Positions 20,343 to 29,115 of a stretch of 64,000 nt of DNA are shown one piece after another. Below the pieces are notes generated by a model. That model searched no databases and was not told where the DNA came from. It was given only the letters and a program-made list of their open reading frames with translations. How positions within the stretch are numbered: the first letter of the stretch is position 1; every line of letters starts with the position of its first letter. Source of the DNA: Gammaproteobacteria bacterium (GTDB lineage Bacteria > Pseudomonadota > Gammaproteobacteria > Thiotrichales > Thiotrichaceae); contig JAHJJD010000018.1 in assembly GCA_018822845.1 (NCBI GenBank), positions 16,607 to 80,606 on the forward strand. Direction: 5' to 3'. Both the position numbers and the translations under genes were made by a program.

Positions 20343-21815
20343 ATGCTTAAACAGGGATTCGACCTCAAGCTTGGTCAGACCTTATCCATGACCCCCCAGT
20401 TACAGCAGGCTATCCGCCTGTTGCAGTTGTCTTCGCTTGAGCTACAGACCGAAATACAACAGGCACTGGAAGAAAATCCCCTGCTTGAGCTGGCCGAAGA
20501 ATTCCCGGAAAACAGCGCCAACAATACCGACACACAACAGGATGTGGAAAAACCCGGAGCTGGTGAAGATTCCGACAGCAACAACGACATGCCCTCCCTT
20601 GATCAGGACATCCCCGATGACCTGAACCTGGATGCTGAATGGTCTGACATCTACGACACCCGCAGCAGCAACAGTGATGGTGGTGGCGACAACACCGGTT
20701 TCCTGGAAAACCAGGGGAGCGCTGATATTGCCTTGCTGGAACACCTGCTATGGCAAATCCGCCTGAGCAATCTCTCCTCCATCGACAAACAGATTGCCGA
20801 AGCATTGATCCGCTCACTGGATGAAGCTGGCTACCTATGCGACCCGCTCGAAGACATTTTCGAAATGCTCAGTCAGGAATTGCCCATTGAATTGGAAGAT
20901 ATCGAAGTTGTACTCAAATTCATTCAGCAACTCGACCCGGTAGGTGTTGGGGCTCGCGACCTGCGTGAATGCATGTTGCTGCAACTGGCTGGCTTGCCTG
21001 AAAGTCGGCTTTTGTACAAAACCCGACAACTGGTAGAAAAAAATCTGGACTTGCTGGAGCGGCGGGATTATAAAGAAATACAGAAGAGATTAAAAATAGA
21101 ACAAAGTGAACTGGAAGAAATGATATTGTTGCTGCGTAGCTTACAACCAAGGCCGGGGAGCGCGTATTCAGCATCTTCCACTGACTACATCGTGCCGGAT
21201 GTTTTCGTGCGCAAAATCAAGGGACAATGGGTGGTTTTACTAAATTCACAAGTTACCCCAAACCTGCAAATCAACCAGTTTTATGCTGAAATGGCAGGTC
21301 AGGTCAAAAACAACAATGACGCCAGTTACTTCAAGAATAACCTGCAACAGGCGCGCTGGCTGATCCGCAGCGTGGAAAGCCGTAATACCACCTTGCTGAA
21401 TGTCGCCAAAGCAATAGTTGAACGTCAGACCGCTTTCATGCAATATGGAGAACAGACCATGAAACCTTTGGTGCTCCGGGATATTGCAGAAGAGTTAGAA
21501 ATGCACGAATCTACCATCTCACGTGTGACAACCAACAAATACATGCACACCCCGCAAGGTGTTTTCGAACTCAAGTACTTTTTCTCCAGCCAGATCGATA
21601 CCGATACTGGCTCCAGTTGCTCATCAACCGCAATCCGCGCCATGCTCAAAAAGCTGATTGCCGATGAGAGTCCAACCTCACCACTCAGTGACAACCAGTT
21701 AACCAACCTGCTCAAACAGCAGGGTATCAATGTTGCGCGGCGCACAGTCGCGAAATACCGTGAAGCGATGTCCATCCCCTCATCCCATGAGAGAAAGACG
21801 TTGGTTCCGTGCTGA
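20343..21815 (+). CDS. rpoN: RNA polymerase sigma-54 factor
   Basis: MTPQLQQAIRLLQLS region I, HESTISR and the RpoN box ARRTVAKYRE. Confidence 0.97.
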   Translation: MLKQGFDLKLGQTLSMTPQLQQAIRLLQLSSLELQTEIQQALEENPLLELAEEFPENSANNTDTQQDVEKPGAGEDSDSNNDMPSLDQDIPDDLNLDAEWSDIYDTRSSNSDGGGDNTGFLENQGSADIALLEHLLWQIRLSNLSSIDKQIAEALIRSLDEAGYLCDPLEDIFEMLSQELPIELEDIEVVLKFIQQLDPVGVGARDLRECMLLQLAGLPESRLLYKTRQLVEKNLDLLERRDYKEIQKRLKIEQSELEEMILLLRSLQPRPGSAYSASSTDYIVPDVFVRKIKGQWVVLLNSQVTPNLQINQFYAEMAGQVKNNNDASYFKNNLQQARWLIRSVESRNTTLLNVAKAIVERQTAFMQYGEQTMKPLVLRDIAEELEMHESTISRVTTNKYMHTPQGVFELKYFFSSQIDTDTGSSCSSTAIRAMLKKLIADESPTSPLSDNQLTNLLKQQGINVARRTVAKYREAMSIPSSHERKTLVPC

Positions 21816-21901
21816 ACCATCCCTTTCATTGAAGCTCACCATTGCGGGTGACTCAGTGCAAGAGGTGGTTTCTCCAATGACCTGAAAACAGGAGCTTGCA
21901 A

Positions 21902-22234
21902 ATGCAATTAGAAATCACTGGTCATCATCTCGAAGTAACAGACTCCATGAGTACCTACATTCGTGAAAAGTCTGATCGCCTAAGGCGTCATTTCGACCAG
22001 GTAATGAACATCCATTTTATCCTGGAAGTTGAAAAGCAACGTCACAAGGCCGAAGCTACCCTGCATGTCAGCGGTAATCACATTTTCGCCGATGCCCATT
22101 CCGATGACATGTACGCAGCCATTGACTCCCTGACAGACAAACTGGATCGCCAGATTGTCAAACACAAGGAAAAACTGAAGAGCCATCATCGTCAGGAAGC
22201 CGTGCAGGTAGCAGCGGCAGTTTCAGCGGACTGA
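21902..22234 (+). CDS. hpf: Ribosome hibernation promoting factor
   Basis: MQLEITGHHLEVT...DMYAAID...LDRQIVKHKEK. Confidence 0.95.
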   Translation: MQLEITGHHLEVTDSMSTYIREKSDRLRRHFDQVMNIHFILEVEKQRHKAEATLHVSGNHIFADAHSDDMYAAIDSLTDKLDRQIVKHKEKLKSHHRQEAVQVAAAVSAD

Positions 22235-22239
22235 AATTC

Positions 22240-22716
22240 ATGGACATAACCTCCCTGCTTTCTCCCGAACGCATTGCTTGTGAAACGGAAGTTTCCAGCA
22301 AAAAACGCGCATTCGAGCGTCTGGCAGAAATGCTTGCCAGTGACCAGACCGAACTGGAACCTGAAGCTATTTTCGACGCACTTATCAATCGGGAAAAGCT
22401 TGGGAGCACTACCTTGGGGAATGGTGTAGCCATTCCCCATGCCTGCCGCCCCATCCACAGCCCGCGTGGAGCACTGCTGTTGCTGCAAGACGGCATCAAG
22501 ATGGATACGCCCGACAAGAAACCTGTACAACTGTTCATGGCCATCCTCGTTCCAACCGAAGAACAAAACGGCCACACCCACCTGATTACTGAACTGACCA
22601 GCATACTGCTGCAAAAATCCATGCTGGAACAGATTAGCCAATTCCATGAGCCAAAAACCGTCATGGATTATCTGGTCACATTGTTCAACCCTCCTGAACA
22701 ACGGTTTGCCGCCTGA
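22240..22716 (+). CDS. ptsN: PTS EIIA-Ntr
   Basis: REKLGSTTLGNGVAIPH with the phosphorylatable His; rpoN operon context. Confidence 0.9.
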   Translation: MDITSLLSPERIACETEVSSKKRAFERLAEMLASDQTELEPEAIFDALINREKLGSTTLGNGVAIPHACRPIHSPRGALLLLQDGIKMDTPDKKPVQLFMAILVPTEEQNGHTHLITELTSILLQKSMLEQISQFHEPKTVMDYLVTLFNPPEQRFAA

Positions 22717-22724
22717 GGATAGTC

Positions 22725-23591
22725 ATGCAGCAAATAGTCATCATCAGCGGCATGTCAGGAGCAGGTAAAAGTTTTGCCCTGCATACCCTTGAAGACAATG
22801 GTTACTATTGCATAGACAACCTCCCTTCACAGTTGCTGGAAGCATTGCTGGGAACTGCCCAGATTGCCCGCCAGCCTTACCTTGCCATCGGCATCGACAT
22901 ACGCGGCGGGCGCGACAGCCTGCTTGACACACCTGCCATCATCAGACGAATCCGCCAGCGTGTACCAAACACACAACTCGTGTATCTGTTTGCTGACCTT
23001 GAAATCCTGCGCAAGCGTTATAACGAAACCCGCCGCCGCCACCCTCTGGCAAGCGAAGCACAGGAACTCGACAAGGCCATTGCCCTCGAATCAACCCTGA
23101 TGGATCCGCTGGCGGAAGACGCTGACTTGCGCATTGACACTTCACATACCAGCGTATACGAACTCGGTCGCATGCTGAAAGCCCGTATCTGCATGGCAGG
23201 ATCGCAGCAGTTTTCCCTGATGTTTCAGTCGTTTGGTTTCAAGCATGAGGCCCCCACTGACTCGGATTACCTGTTTGATGTGCGCTGCCTGCCCAACCCT
23301 TACTGGGTGCCCGACCTGCGCACCCTGACCGGGAGGGATCCTGCCATCATCGAATGGCTGGAATCCCACGATGACGTTCAGCGGATGTACACGGACATAT
23401 GCGACTTCCTGACCCACTGGCTACCATCCAGTGACAGCACCTGCCAACGCGCCTACATGACGGTTTCCATTGGCTGTACAGGGGGACGACATCGCTCTGT
23501 TTATATTACCGAAAAACTCTATCAGCACTTCCGTGAACGGCTGGGCAACAATGTCATCTTGCGCCATCGCGAACTCAATTACGTGCGATAA
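22725..23591 (+). CDS. rapZ: RNase adapter RapZ (P-loop)
   Basis: SGMSGAGKS, DNLP, SFGFK, FDVRCLPNPYW and GCTGGRHRS. Confidence 0.95.
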   Translation: MQQIVIISGMSGAGKSFALHTLEDNGYYCIDNLPSQLLEALLGTAQIARQPYLAIGIDIRGGRDSLLDTPAIIRRIRQRVPNTQLVYLFADLEILRKRYNETRRRHPLASEAQELDKAIALESTLMDPLAEDADLRIDTSHTSVYELGRMLKARICMAGSQQFSLMFQSFGFKHEAPTDSDYLFDVRCLPNPYWVPDLRTLTGRDPAIIEWLESHDDVQRMYTDICDFLTHWLPSSDSTCQRAYMTVSIGCTGGRHRSVYITEKLYQHFRERLGNNVILRHRELNYVR

Positions 23592-23642
23592 AACCACTTT
23601 TTGTTGTTAGAATGGCCTCGCTCTCGCAGGGAGGTTGCGTCC

Positions 23643-25010
23643 ATGTCCATACTTTTAAATCAGCAAAACAGCGAACAACGTCTCAAAGCTATCGATGACG
23701 CAATCGATAGTGGTGCACTGTTTCAAGTGCAACGCACTCTCAACGCCATGCACCCGGCGGAAATCGCTGACATGCTCGAAGCCGCCCCACACGGGCGGCG
23801 TGAACTGATCTGGGAACTGGTCGAACAGGAAAACGAAGGCGAAGTCCTGATTGAGCTGAGCGAAGAAATTCGCAACAGTCTGGTCGAGGAGATGGATGCC
23901 GGGGAAATCCTCAACGCCATCAAGGATCTCGAATACGACGACATGGCAGATTTCCTGCAAGGTCTGCCGGATAAAATCATCCAGCAAACCCTGCAAGGTA
24001 TGGATCGCCAGGATCGTGTCCGGGTCGAAGCCGTCCTCGCCTACGACGAAGATACTGCTGGCGGCATCATGGATACCGAAACCATCACAGTGCGTGCCGA
24101 CGTGACGCTGGATGTGGTTATCCGTTACCTGCGTCGTCAAAAAGAACTCCCCACCCACACTGATAGCCTGATCGTCGTCAACCGGTACGACCACTACAAG
24201 GGCATTCTTTACATTGCCGACCTGTTGACAAAGCAGCCGGAAAAGACTGTCGGCGAGGTCATGTCCGAAGAGCTGGAAGGCATTCCCGCCAACATGCCAG
24301 CCCGACAAGTGGCCCGCCTGTTTGAAGACCGCAATCTGGTTTCTGCCCCGGTTGTCGATATGCAGGGCAAACTGGTTGGTCGTATTACCATTGACGACGT
24401 GGTCGACATCATTCGTGAAGAGGCCGAGCATTCTGTCATGAGCATGGCGGGCCTGGACGATGAGGAAGACCTGTTCGCGCCCATAATCGCCAGCTCCCGC
24501 CGCCGTGCAATCTGGCTGGGAACCAATCTGATTACAGCATTGCTGGCCGCCTGGGTCATCTCGCGCTTTGAAGGAGCCCTGGAAGCCAAGGTTGCACTGG
24601 CTTTCCTGATGGGTGTCATCCCCAGCATGGGCGGAGTAGCTGGCACACAAACACTGACCTTGGTCATTCGTGGCCTTGCCCTCGGCCAGTTAGGCAAATC
24701 AAATACCCGCACCCTGTTTGTCAAGGAGCTAATGGTCAGTCTGATCAACGGGTTATTGTGGGGAGTAGCCATTTTCGGCATTGCATATTTCTTCATGCAC
24801 GATGCAGCCATTGGCGTCGTAATCGGTATAGCCATGGTAATCAATCTGCTGGCTGCCGCCACTTCCGGCGTTTTCCTGCCAGTCATCATGCGCAGGTTCA
24901 ATATAGACCCGGCGCTCGCTGGCGGTGTAGTCCTGACCACTGTGACGGATGTGGTCGGGTTCGCAGCAGTGTTGTGGCTGGCAACACTGCTGCTTCCCTT
25001 TTTCCAGTAA
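23643..25010 (+). CDS. mgtE: Magnesium transporter MgtE
   Basis: N-domain (HPAEIAD), CBS pair (DTAGGIM), TM domain GGVAGTQT and DPALAGGVVLTTVTD; GGAGG RBS before ATG 23643. Confidence 0.95.
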   Translation: MSILLNQQNSEQRLKAIDDAIDSGALFQVQRTLNAMHPAEIADMLEAAPHGRRELIWELVEQENEGEVLIELSEEIRNSLVEEMDAGEILNAIKDLEYDDMADFLQGLPDKIIQQTLQGMDRQDRVRVEAVLAYDEDTAGGIMDTETITVRADVTLDVVIRYLRRQKELPTHTDSLIVVNRYDHYKGILYIADLLTKQPEKTVGEVMSEELEGIPANMPARQVARLFEDRNLVSAPVVDMQGKLVGRITIDDVVDIIREEAEHSVMSMAGLDDEEDLFAPIIASSRRRAIWLGTNLITALLAAWVISRFEGALEAKVALAFLMGVIPSMGGVAGTQTLTLVIRGLALGQLGKSNTRTLFVKELMVSLINGLLWGVAIFGIAYFFMHDAAIGVVIGIAMVINLLAAATSGVFLPVIMRRFNIDPALAGGVVLTTVTDVVGFAAVLWLATLLLPFFQ

Positions 25011-25019
25011 AAGCGGCCT

Positions 25020-26189
25020 CTAACGCCCGCCCTTGACCTGATTGCGGATCGCCTCACCCAGCAAATGCACCGTCATTGCATAGTAATTGCTATGGTTGTA
25101 GCGGGTAATGACGTAGAAATTGTGATAGCCAATCCAAGGCTCCTTGTAACCACCCGGAACAGTACTCAGAGCCAACAGATAAGCCTTGCTTTCAGGCTGA
25201 CCATAACGGGGGGTAATGCCCCGGTTTTGTAAGGCGGCAAGCGTATAACGGTTTTTGTAGCCATCCGGCATACTGGCGTAAACAGGGGAACTGACCGCTG
25301 CCGGTACTGCGACCATCCCGCCACGCTGCCAGCCATGTTTAGCAAAGTAATTGGCGATGCTGCCGATAGCATCGACCGGATTCCACAGGTCACGAATGCC
25401 GTCACCATCAAAATCTACTGCGAACGAGTGGAAACTACTCGGCATGAACTGCCCGTAACCCATGGCACCAGCAAAGGAACCCTTGGGTGCCAATGGATCC
25501 ATGCGTTCACTGCGGGTCATCAGCATGTAGTTTTTCAACTCATCGAAAAAGAAACGGCTACGGCGCTGATTGGTAATCGCTGATGTGGTAAGTGCGTCAA
25601 TCACACGGTGCTTGCCGAGGATGCGCCCCCAGCGGGTTTCCACGCCCATGATGCCGATAATGTATTCTGCCGGAATGCCAAACTGCTGCTCGGCGCGTTG
25701 CAGGTGGGAGCCATACTGTTGCCAGAACTGCGCACCACGCTGGATATTGGCAGAATTGACAAAACGGGAGCGGTAGGCATTCCAGCCTTTCGGACTGCCG
25801 GGATCGGAACTGGTGCTTGCCCATAATCTGGCGACATCATCCCGGTTACGCACCTGCGAGAAAACGCCATACAGGTAATTGCGGTTAAAGCCCTGGGTAC
25901 GTGCAAGATTCTCAATGAAAGCAATCAACTGCCCATTGCCAGCAAAATCCCCGCCCAAACCGGCTGCGGAATAGTTACCAACGCTACGCCCCCCGTAGCT
26001 GACAACCTTGGGCTGCTCATTGCCCCCCTGTTGCTTGGCCTGCGTCTGTTGACGTTGCTGACTTTGCTTGCTGACTTTGGCCGTGCTGTCGCCATCATCT
26101 GCCTTTTGTGGTGTCTGGCTGCATGCCCCCAAAGCCAACGCCAACACCCCCATACCCAAACGCACCCACACTCCCCTGAACAGACGCAT
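25020..26189 (-). CDS. mltB: Lytic murein transglycosylase B (lipoprotein)
   Basis: Lipobox LGAC, IIGIMGVETRWG, GSFAGAMGYGQFMPSS, VDFDGDG and ITRYNHSNYYA. Confidence 0.92.
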   Translation of the reverse strand: MRLFRGVWVRLGMGVLALALGACSQTPQKADDGDSTAKVSKQSQQRQQTQAKQQGGNEQPKVVSYGGRSVGNYSAAGLGGDFAGNGQLIAFIENLARTQGFNRNYLYGVFSQVRNRDDVARLWASTSSDPGSPKGWNAYRSRFVNSANIQRGAQFWQQYGSHLQRAEQQFGIPAEYIIGIMGVETRWGRILGKHRVIDALTTSAITNQRRSRFFFDELKNYMLMTRSERMDPLAPKGSFAGAMGYGQFMPSSFHSFAVDFDGDGIRDLWNPVDAIGSIANYFAKHGWQRGGMVAVPAAVSSPVYASMPDGYKNRYTLAALQNRGITPRYGQPESKAYLLALSTVPGGYKEPWIGYHNFYVITRYNHSNYYAMTVHLLGEAIRNQVKGGR

Positions 26190-26270
26190 CCACTCCTCCC
26201 GCAATTATCCTGGATTATCGAATTTAAAAACTAAAGTAATAGTCTAGCACGATTATTAAACATCGTAAAT

Positions 26271-26948
26271 TCAGAATGGCAAAACATTGGGGGCATCTTC
26301 GATCGGCACCATGTTGCCCGCCTCCTCCGCAAACGGTGGCACCTGATTGGCTATCGCGTCACTTACTGTAACCGGGTCTGGCGAACTAAAGGAAGGAAAG
26401 CGCCATCCGCCGGGCATGTACCCCATGTCATAAGGGGAATTAATCATTTTATCCCATACATCGCCGGTAAAATCCGTATAAAAATCAGGCCATATGTAGC
26501 GGGTGTCGCCCCAGGGATGAACTTCCTTCTTCTTTGGCTGTTGTGGAACAGGAGGGCGCGTCGCATAAGACATCATGCGATTTGCGGCATAGGGGTTGTA
26601 ATAACCCTGCGTATAGGGGTAACCATAAGCATACTGTTGCGCAGGGTAAGCATAGTTCCCATAGTAACCATATGGATACTGTTGCTGTGCGTAAGCCTGG
26701 GGGGGAAATTGCAGAGCACTTTGCCCTATTCCCGGATATTGCATCTGGCTGGTCGTGGGACTCTGCGGTGGAAATGTCAACGTCTGGACAGGGGCAGCCG
26801 TTGCAGGCGGCGCTGTACCCCCCCCGGTACTCGTCCTGACTCCCGGCATTAGACCCAGTGCCTCTGATGCATTGGTGTTTTCTTCTGCCTGCGATGCCCC
26901 TGCAACCAGCAATATCGCCAGTAGCAGGCTGCCTTGTAATTTTTTCAT
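26271..26948 (-). CDS. Secreted Tyr/Gly/Pro/Gln-rich hypothetical protein
   Basis: Signal peptide (ASQA-E), a low-complexity YPYGYYGNYAYP...YGYPYTQGYYNPY block and a W/P-rich C-terminal region. Confidence 0.7.
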   Translation of the reverse strand: MKKLQGSLLLAILLVAGASQAEENTNASEALGLMPGVRTSTGGGTAPPATAAPVQTLTFPPQSPTTSQMQYPGIGQSALQFPPQAYAQQQYPYGYYGNYAYPAQQYAYGYPYTQGYYNPYAANRMMSYATRPPVPQQPKKKEVHPWGDTRYIWPDFYTDFTGDVWDKMINSPYDMGYMPGGWRFPSFSSPDPVTVSDAIANQVPPFAEEAGNMVPIEDAPNVLPF

Positions 26949-27023
26949 GAATCCGTTACTCAGTAAGAACCTGTAGCGGAAAGAATAACAGAAAGCCTTG
27001 GGCGCAGTAATATCCCGCCCTGC

Positions 27024-28202
27024 TCAGAGCGCCTCCCGAATAGCCTGCATGATGGGCCGCCGTTGCCCTTCCGGCTGATCCGGGCGGTAATCCAGTTGCA
27101 TGCTCCAGAGCATCAGCCCCCCCAACCCCATGCCTTGCATGTATTGCACTTTTTCAGCAACAGAACGTTCATCATTGAATGAAACAAACATGTCTTCGGC
27201 ATCATCGGGCTTGTCGATTTTCAGATAGGGCACTCTGGCTGATTCATCCCAGTGGTAATATTCAGGCTGGTAATACTTCTGCAACAAAATGGCGTAACTT
27301 TCCTTGGGCACACCAGGCGATGTCATGTAGTGGCGGGGTTTTTCACTCCATGTCTGACGCGGTTCGGAAACACCACCGATCCACAGGCGGGTTTCGAGGT
27401 TGACGCCCAGACCAAGTTTACTGCGCGACAAACCAACCCCCTGACAGGATTTCACTTCACGATCAACGGAAGCGACCGATTTGGAAGTACCTGCGTAAAC
27501 ATCCTTGCCACTGTAAAGCGCGGAATCGTGCCAGGTCATATCCTCCCAGGTACCGGCCATGTCGTAGAGCATCAGGTTGATCTGGTCAAACTTGTCTTCC
27601 AGTCCTTTAACCGCTACACAGTCACGCCCCATGATGGCGACCATCAACAAAGGGCGCGGAGCCAGCGGCGGCTTATACGGCTGTATCGCTGCATGAAGTT
27701 CGTTGATGAAAGCAACATAACCGGGGTTGCCTTCCTTTTCCTTGCCCCATTCCGTCAGTGGTTCAAGGTCTACATCAACACCGTCATAACCCTCCTGCAT
27801 TATGGCTACGACGCCCTGAACCAGTTTTTTTCTGGCATCAGGATTATCGACAGCAGCCTGATAAGTGGTAATCCAGCCACTAATGCCCAACAACAAGGGC
27901 ACGCCTTGCTGATGCGCTTCACGGATGGCGGCAGCACGATTTTCAGGAGTGATATGATTGGGGGCGGGATTGAGGCTGCCATCAGGTTCCACGGTCATGG
28001 AATTGTGCACGGCATGCGTCAGCATCTTCCAGTCCGCCGGTTCCATGAAAGGTATCAGCCCTCCCCCTGCCTGCGCATAGGCTGGAATGTATCCGGTGAC
28101 CCATGGCTTTTCCGCCTTGGCATTACAGGCAGGCAGAGAACACAGTGATACTGTCAGCATCAACCAGCCCACTAGTGAAAGACAACTTTTATTTCTGAAC
28201 AT
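27024..28202 (-). CDS. Glycoside hydrolase family 18 (chitinase-like), exported
   Basis: Catalytic DxxDxDxE motif (YDGVDVDLE), NLMLYDMAG, SFNDERS and LGGLMLWSM; N-terminal signal ending LPAC. Confidence 0.88.
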   Translation of the reverse strand: MFRNKSCLSLVGWLMLTVSLCSLPACNAKAEKPWVTGYIPAYAQAGGGLIPFMEPADWKMLTHAVHNSMTVEPDGSLNPAPNHITPENRAAAIREAHQQGVPLLLGISGWITTYQAAVDNPDARKKLVQGVVAIMQEGYDGVDVDLEPLTEWGKEKEGNPGYVAFINELHAAIQPYKPPLAPRPLLMVAIMGRDCVAVKGLEDKFDQINLMLYDMAGTWEDMTWHDSALYSGKDVYAGTSKSVASVDREVKSCQGVGLSRSKLGLGVNLETRLWIGGVSEPRQTWSEKPRHYMTSPGVPKESYAILLQKYYQPEYYHWDESARVPYLKIDKPDDAEDMFVSFNDERSVAEKVQYMQGMGLGGLMLWSMQLDYRPDQPEGQRRPIMQAIREAL

Positions 28203-28272
28203 TTTCTATCCCTTTATTGGGCGAAACCCAACCCTATATAGTATTTTTTATTTTCTATATCAGAATTTATAG

Positions 28273-29109
28273 TCAATTCGACAAATGTTTTTTTCTATTC
28301 TGGATAATTATAACTTCTCTGCTGCGGGTTTTGGAGCGAAAGTAATCGCTGTTTCCGTAAAACGCCCTGTCATCATTTTCCCACCAACCGGGCACACCCA
28401 GCAGTGGAAAAGGATTCAGGCAAACAGGAGCGTATAAACCGCCCTCCCGCAACATTTCGGCAATCATGCCATCAAGGCATGCTTGCTGAGCTGCAAGTGG
28501 CTGACTGAAAAAACCCGCATCCACCTCTACCAGCAACGTATGGGCTGTCACGCCCACATAAGGCGTCAGCAACTTTTCCAGCATGGCATGACCAATCATG
28601 TAGCAGCCAATTTCCTCTCCCCATGCTGCCCGTTCCTGCCAGAACAATGGCTCCCAGGCAAAATCCAGCACGTATTGCAACAGCTCACGCCGGGTAGCGG
28701 CAATGATTACGCCGCTTTCATCCAGAATGGTCAGGGCATCACGCTGCGGGGTACGCTTTTTACCCTGCCGCTCCATATCCACCGCATGCAGGGCATTGAT
28801 CTGCACCTTGGTCTGCGGAAACAGCCCCCACATCAGCGCATTGAAGAAGTCATGCCAGTTAGGACGGGTGGAAACGATGCCATGCTGGAAAATCCGTTCC
28901 TCGTAGTAAAGCCCGGAGTATGGCAGGGTATGATCCTGCGGGAGAAAATGGATTGGTTTACCCGATTGCGCGCACAACCCTTCCGGCAATATATCGGTCA
29001 GGGCTGCGCAGGCAGGCCAGTCAACAGACTCCGGCCAGCAACGGACATCTTGCAGCTGCCGAAAACCAGGATGCAGGCTTTCGAAAGCAGCATTCCATAT
29101 GTCAGGCAT
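28273..29109 (-). CDS. DUF3025 family protein
   Basis: YYEERIF, VSTRPNWHDFFNALMW, RDALTILDESG, GHAMLEK and PFPLLGVPGW motifs. Confidence 0.8.
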   Translation of the reverse strand: MPDIWNAAFESLHPGFRQLQDVRCWPESVDWPACAALTDILPEGLCAQSGKPIHFLPQDHTLPYSGLYYEERIFQHGIVSTRPNWHDFFNALMWGLFPQTKVQINALHAVDMERQGKKRTPQRDALTILDESGVIIAATRRELLQYVLDFAWEPLFWQERAAWGEEIGCYMIGHAMLEKLLTPYVGVTAHTLLVEVDAGFFSQPLAAQQACLDGMIAEMLREGGLYAPVCLNPFPLLGVPGWWENDDRAFYGNSDYFRSKTRSREVIIIQNRKKHLSN

Positions 29110-29115
29110 GGGGAA

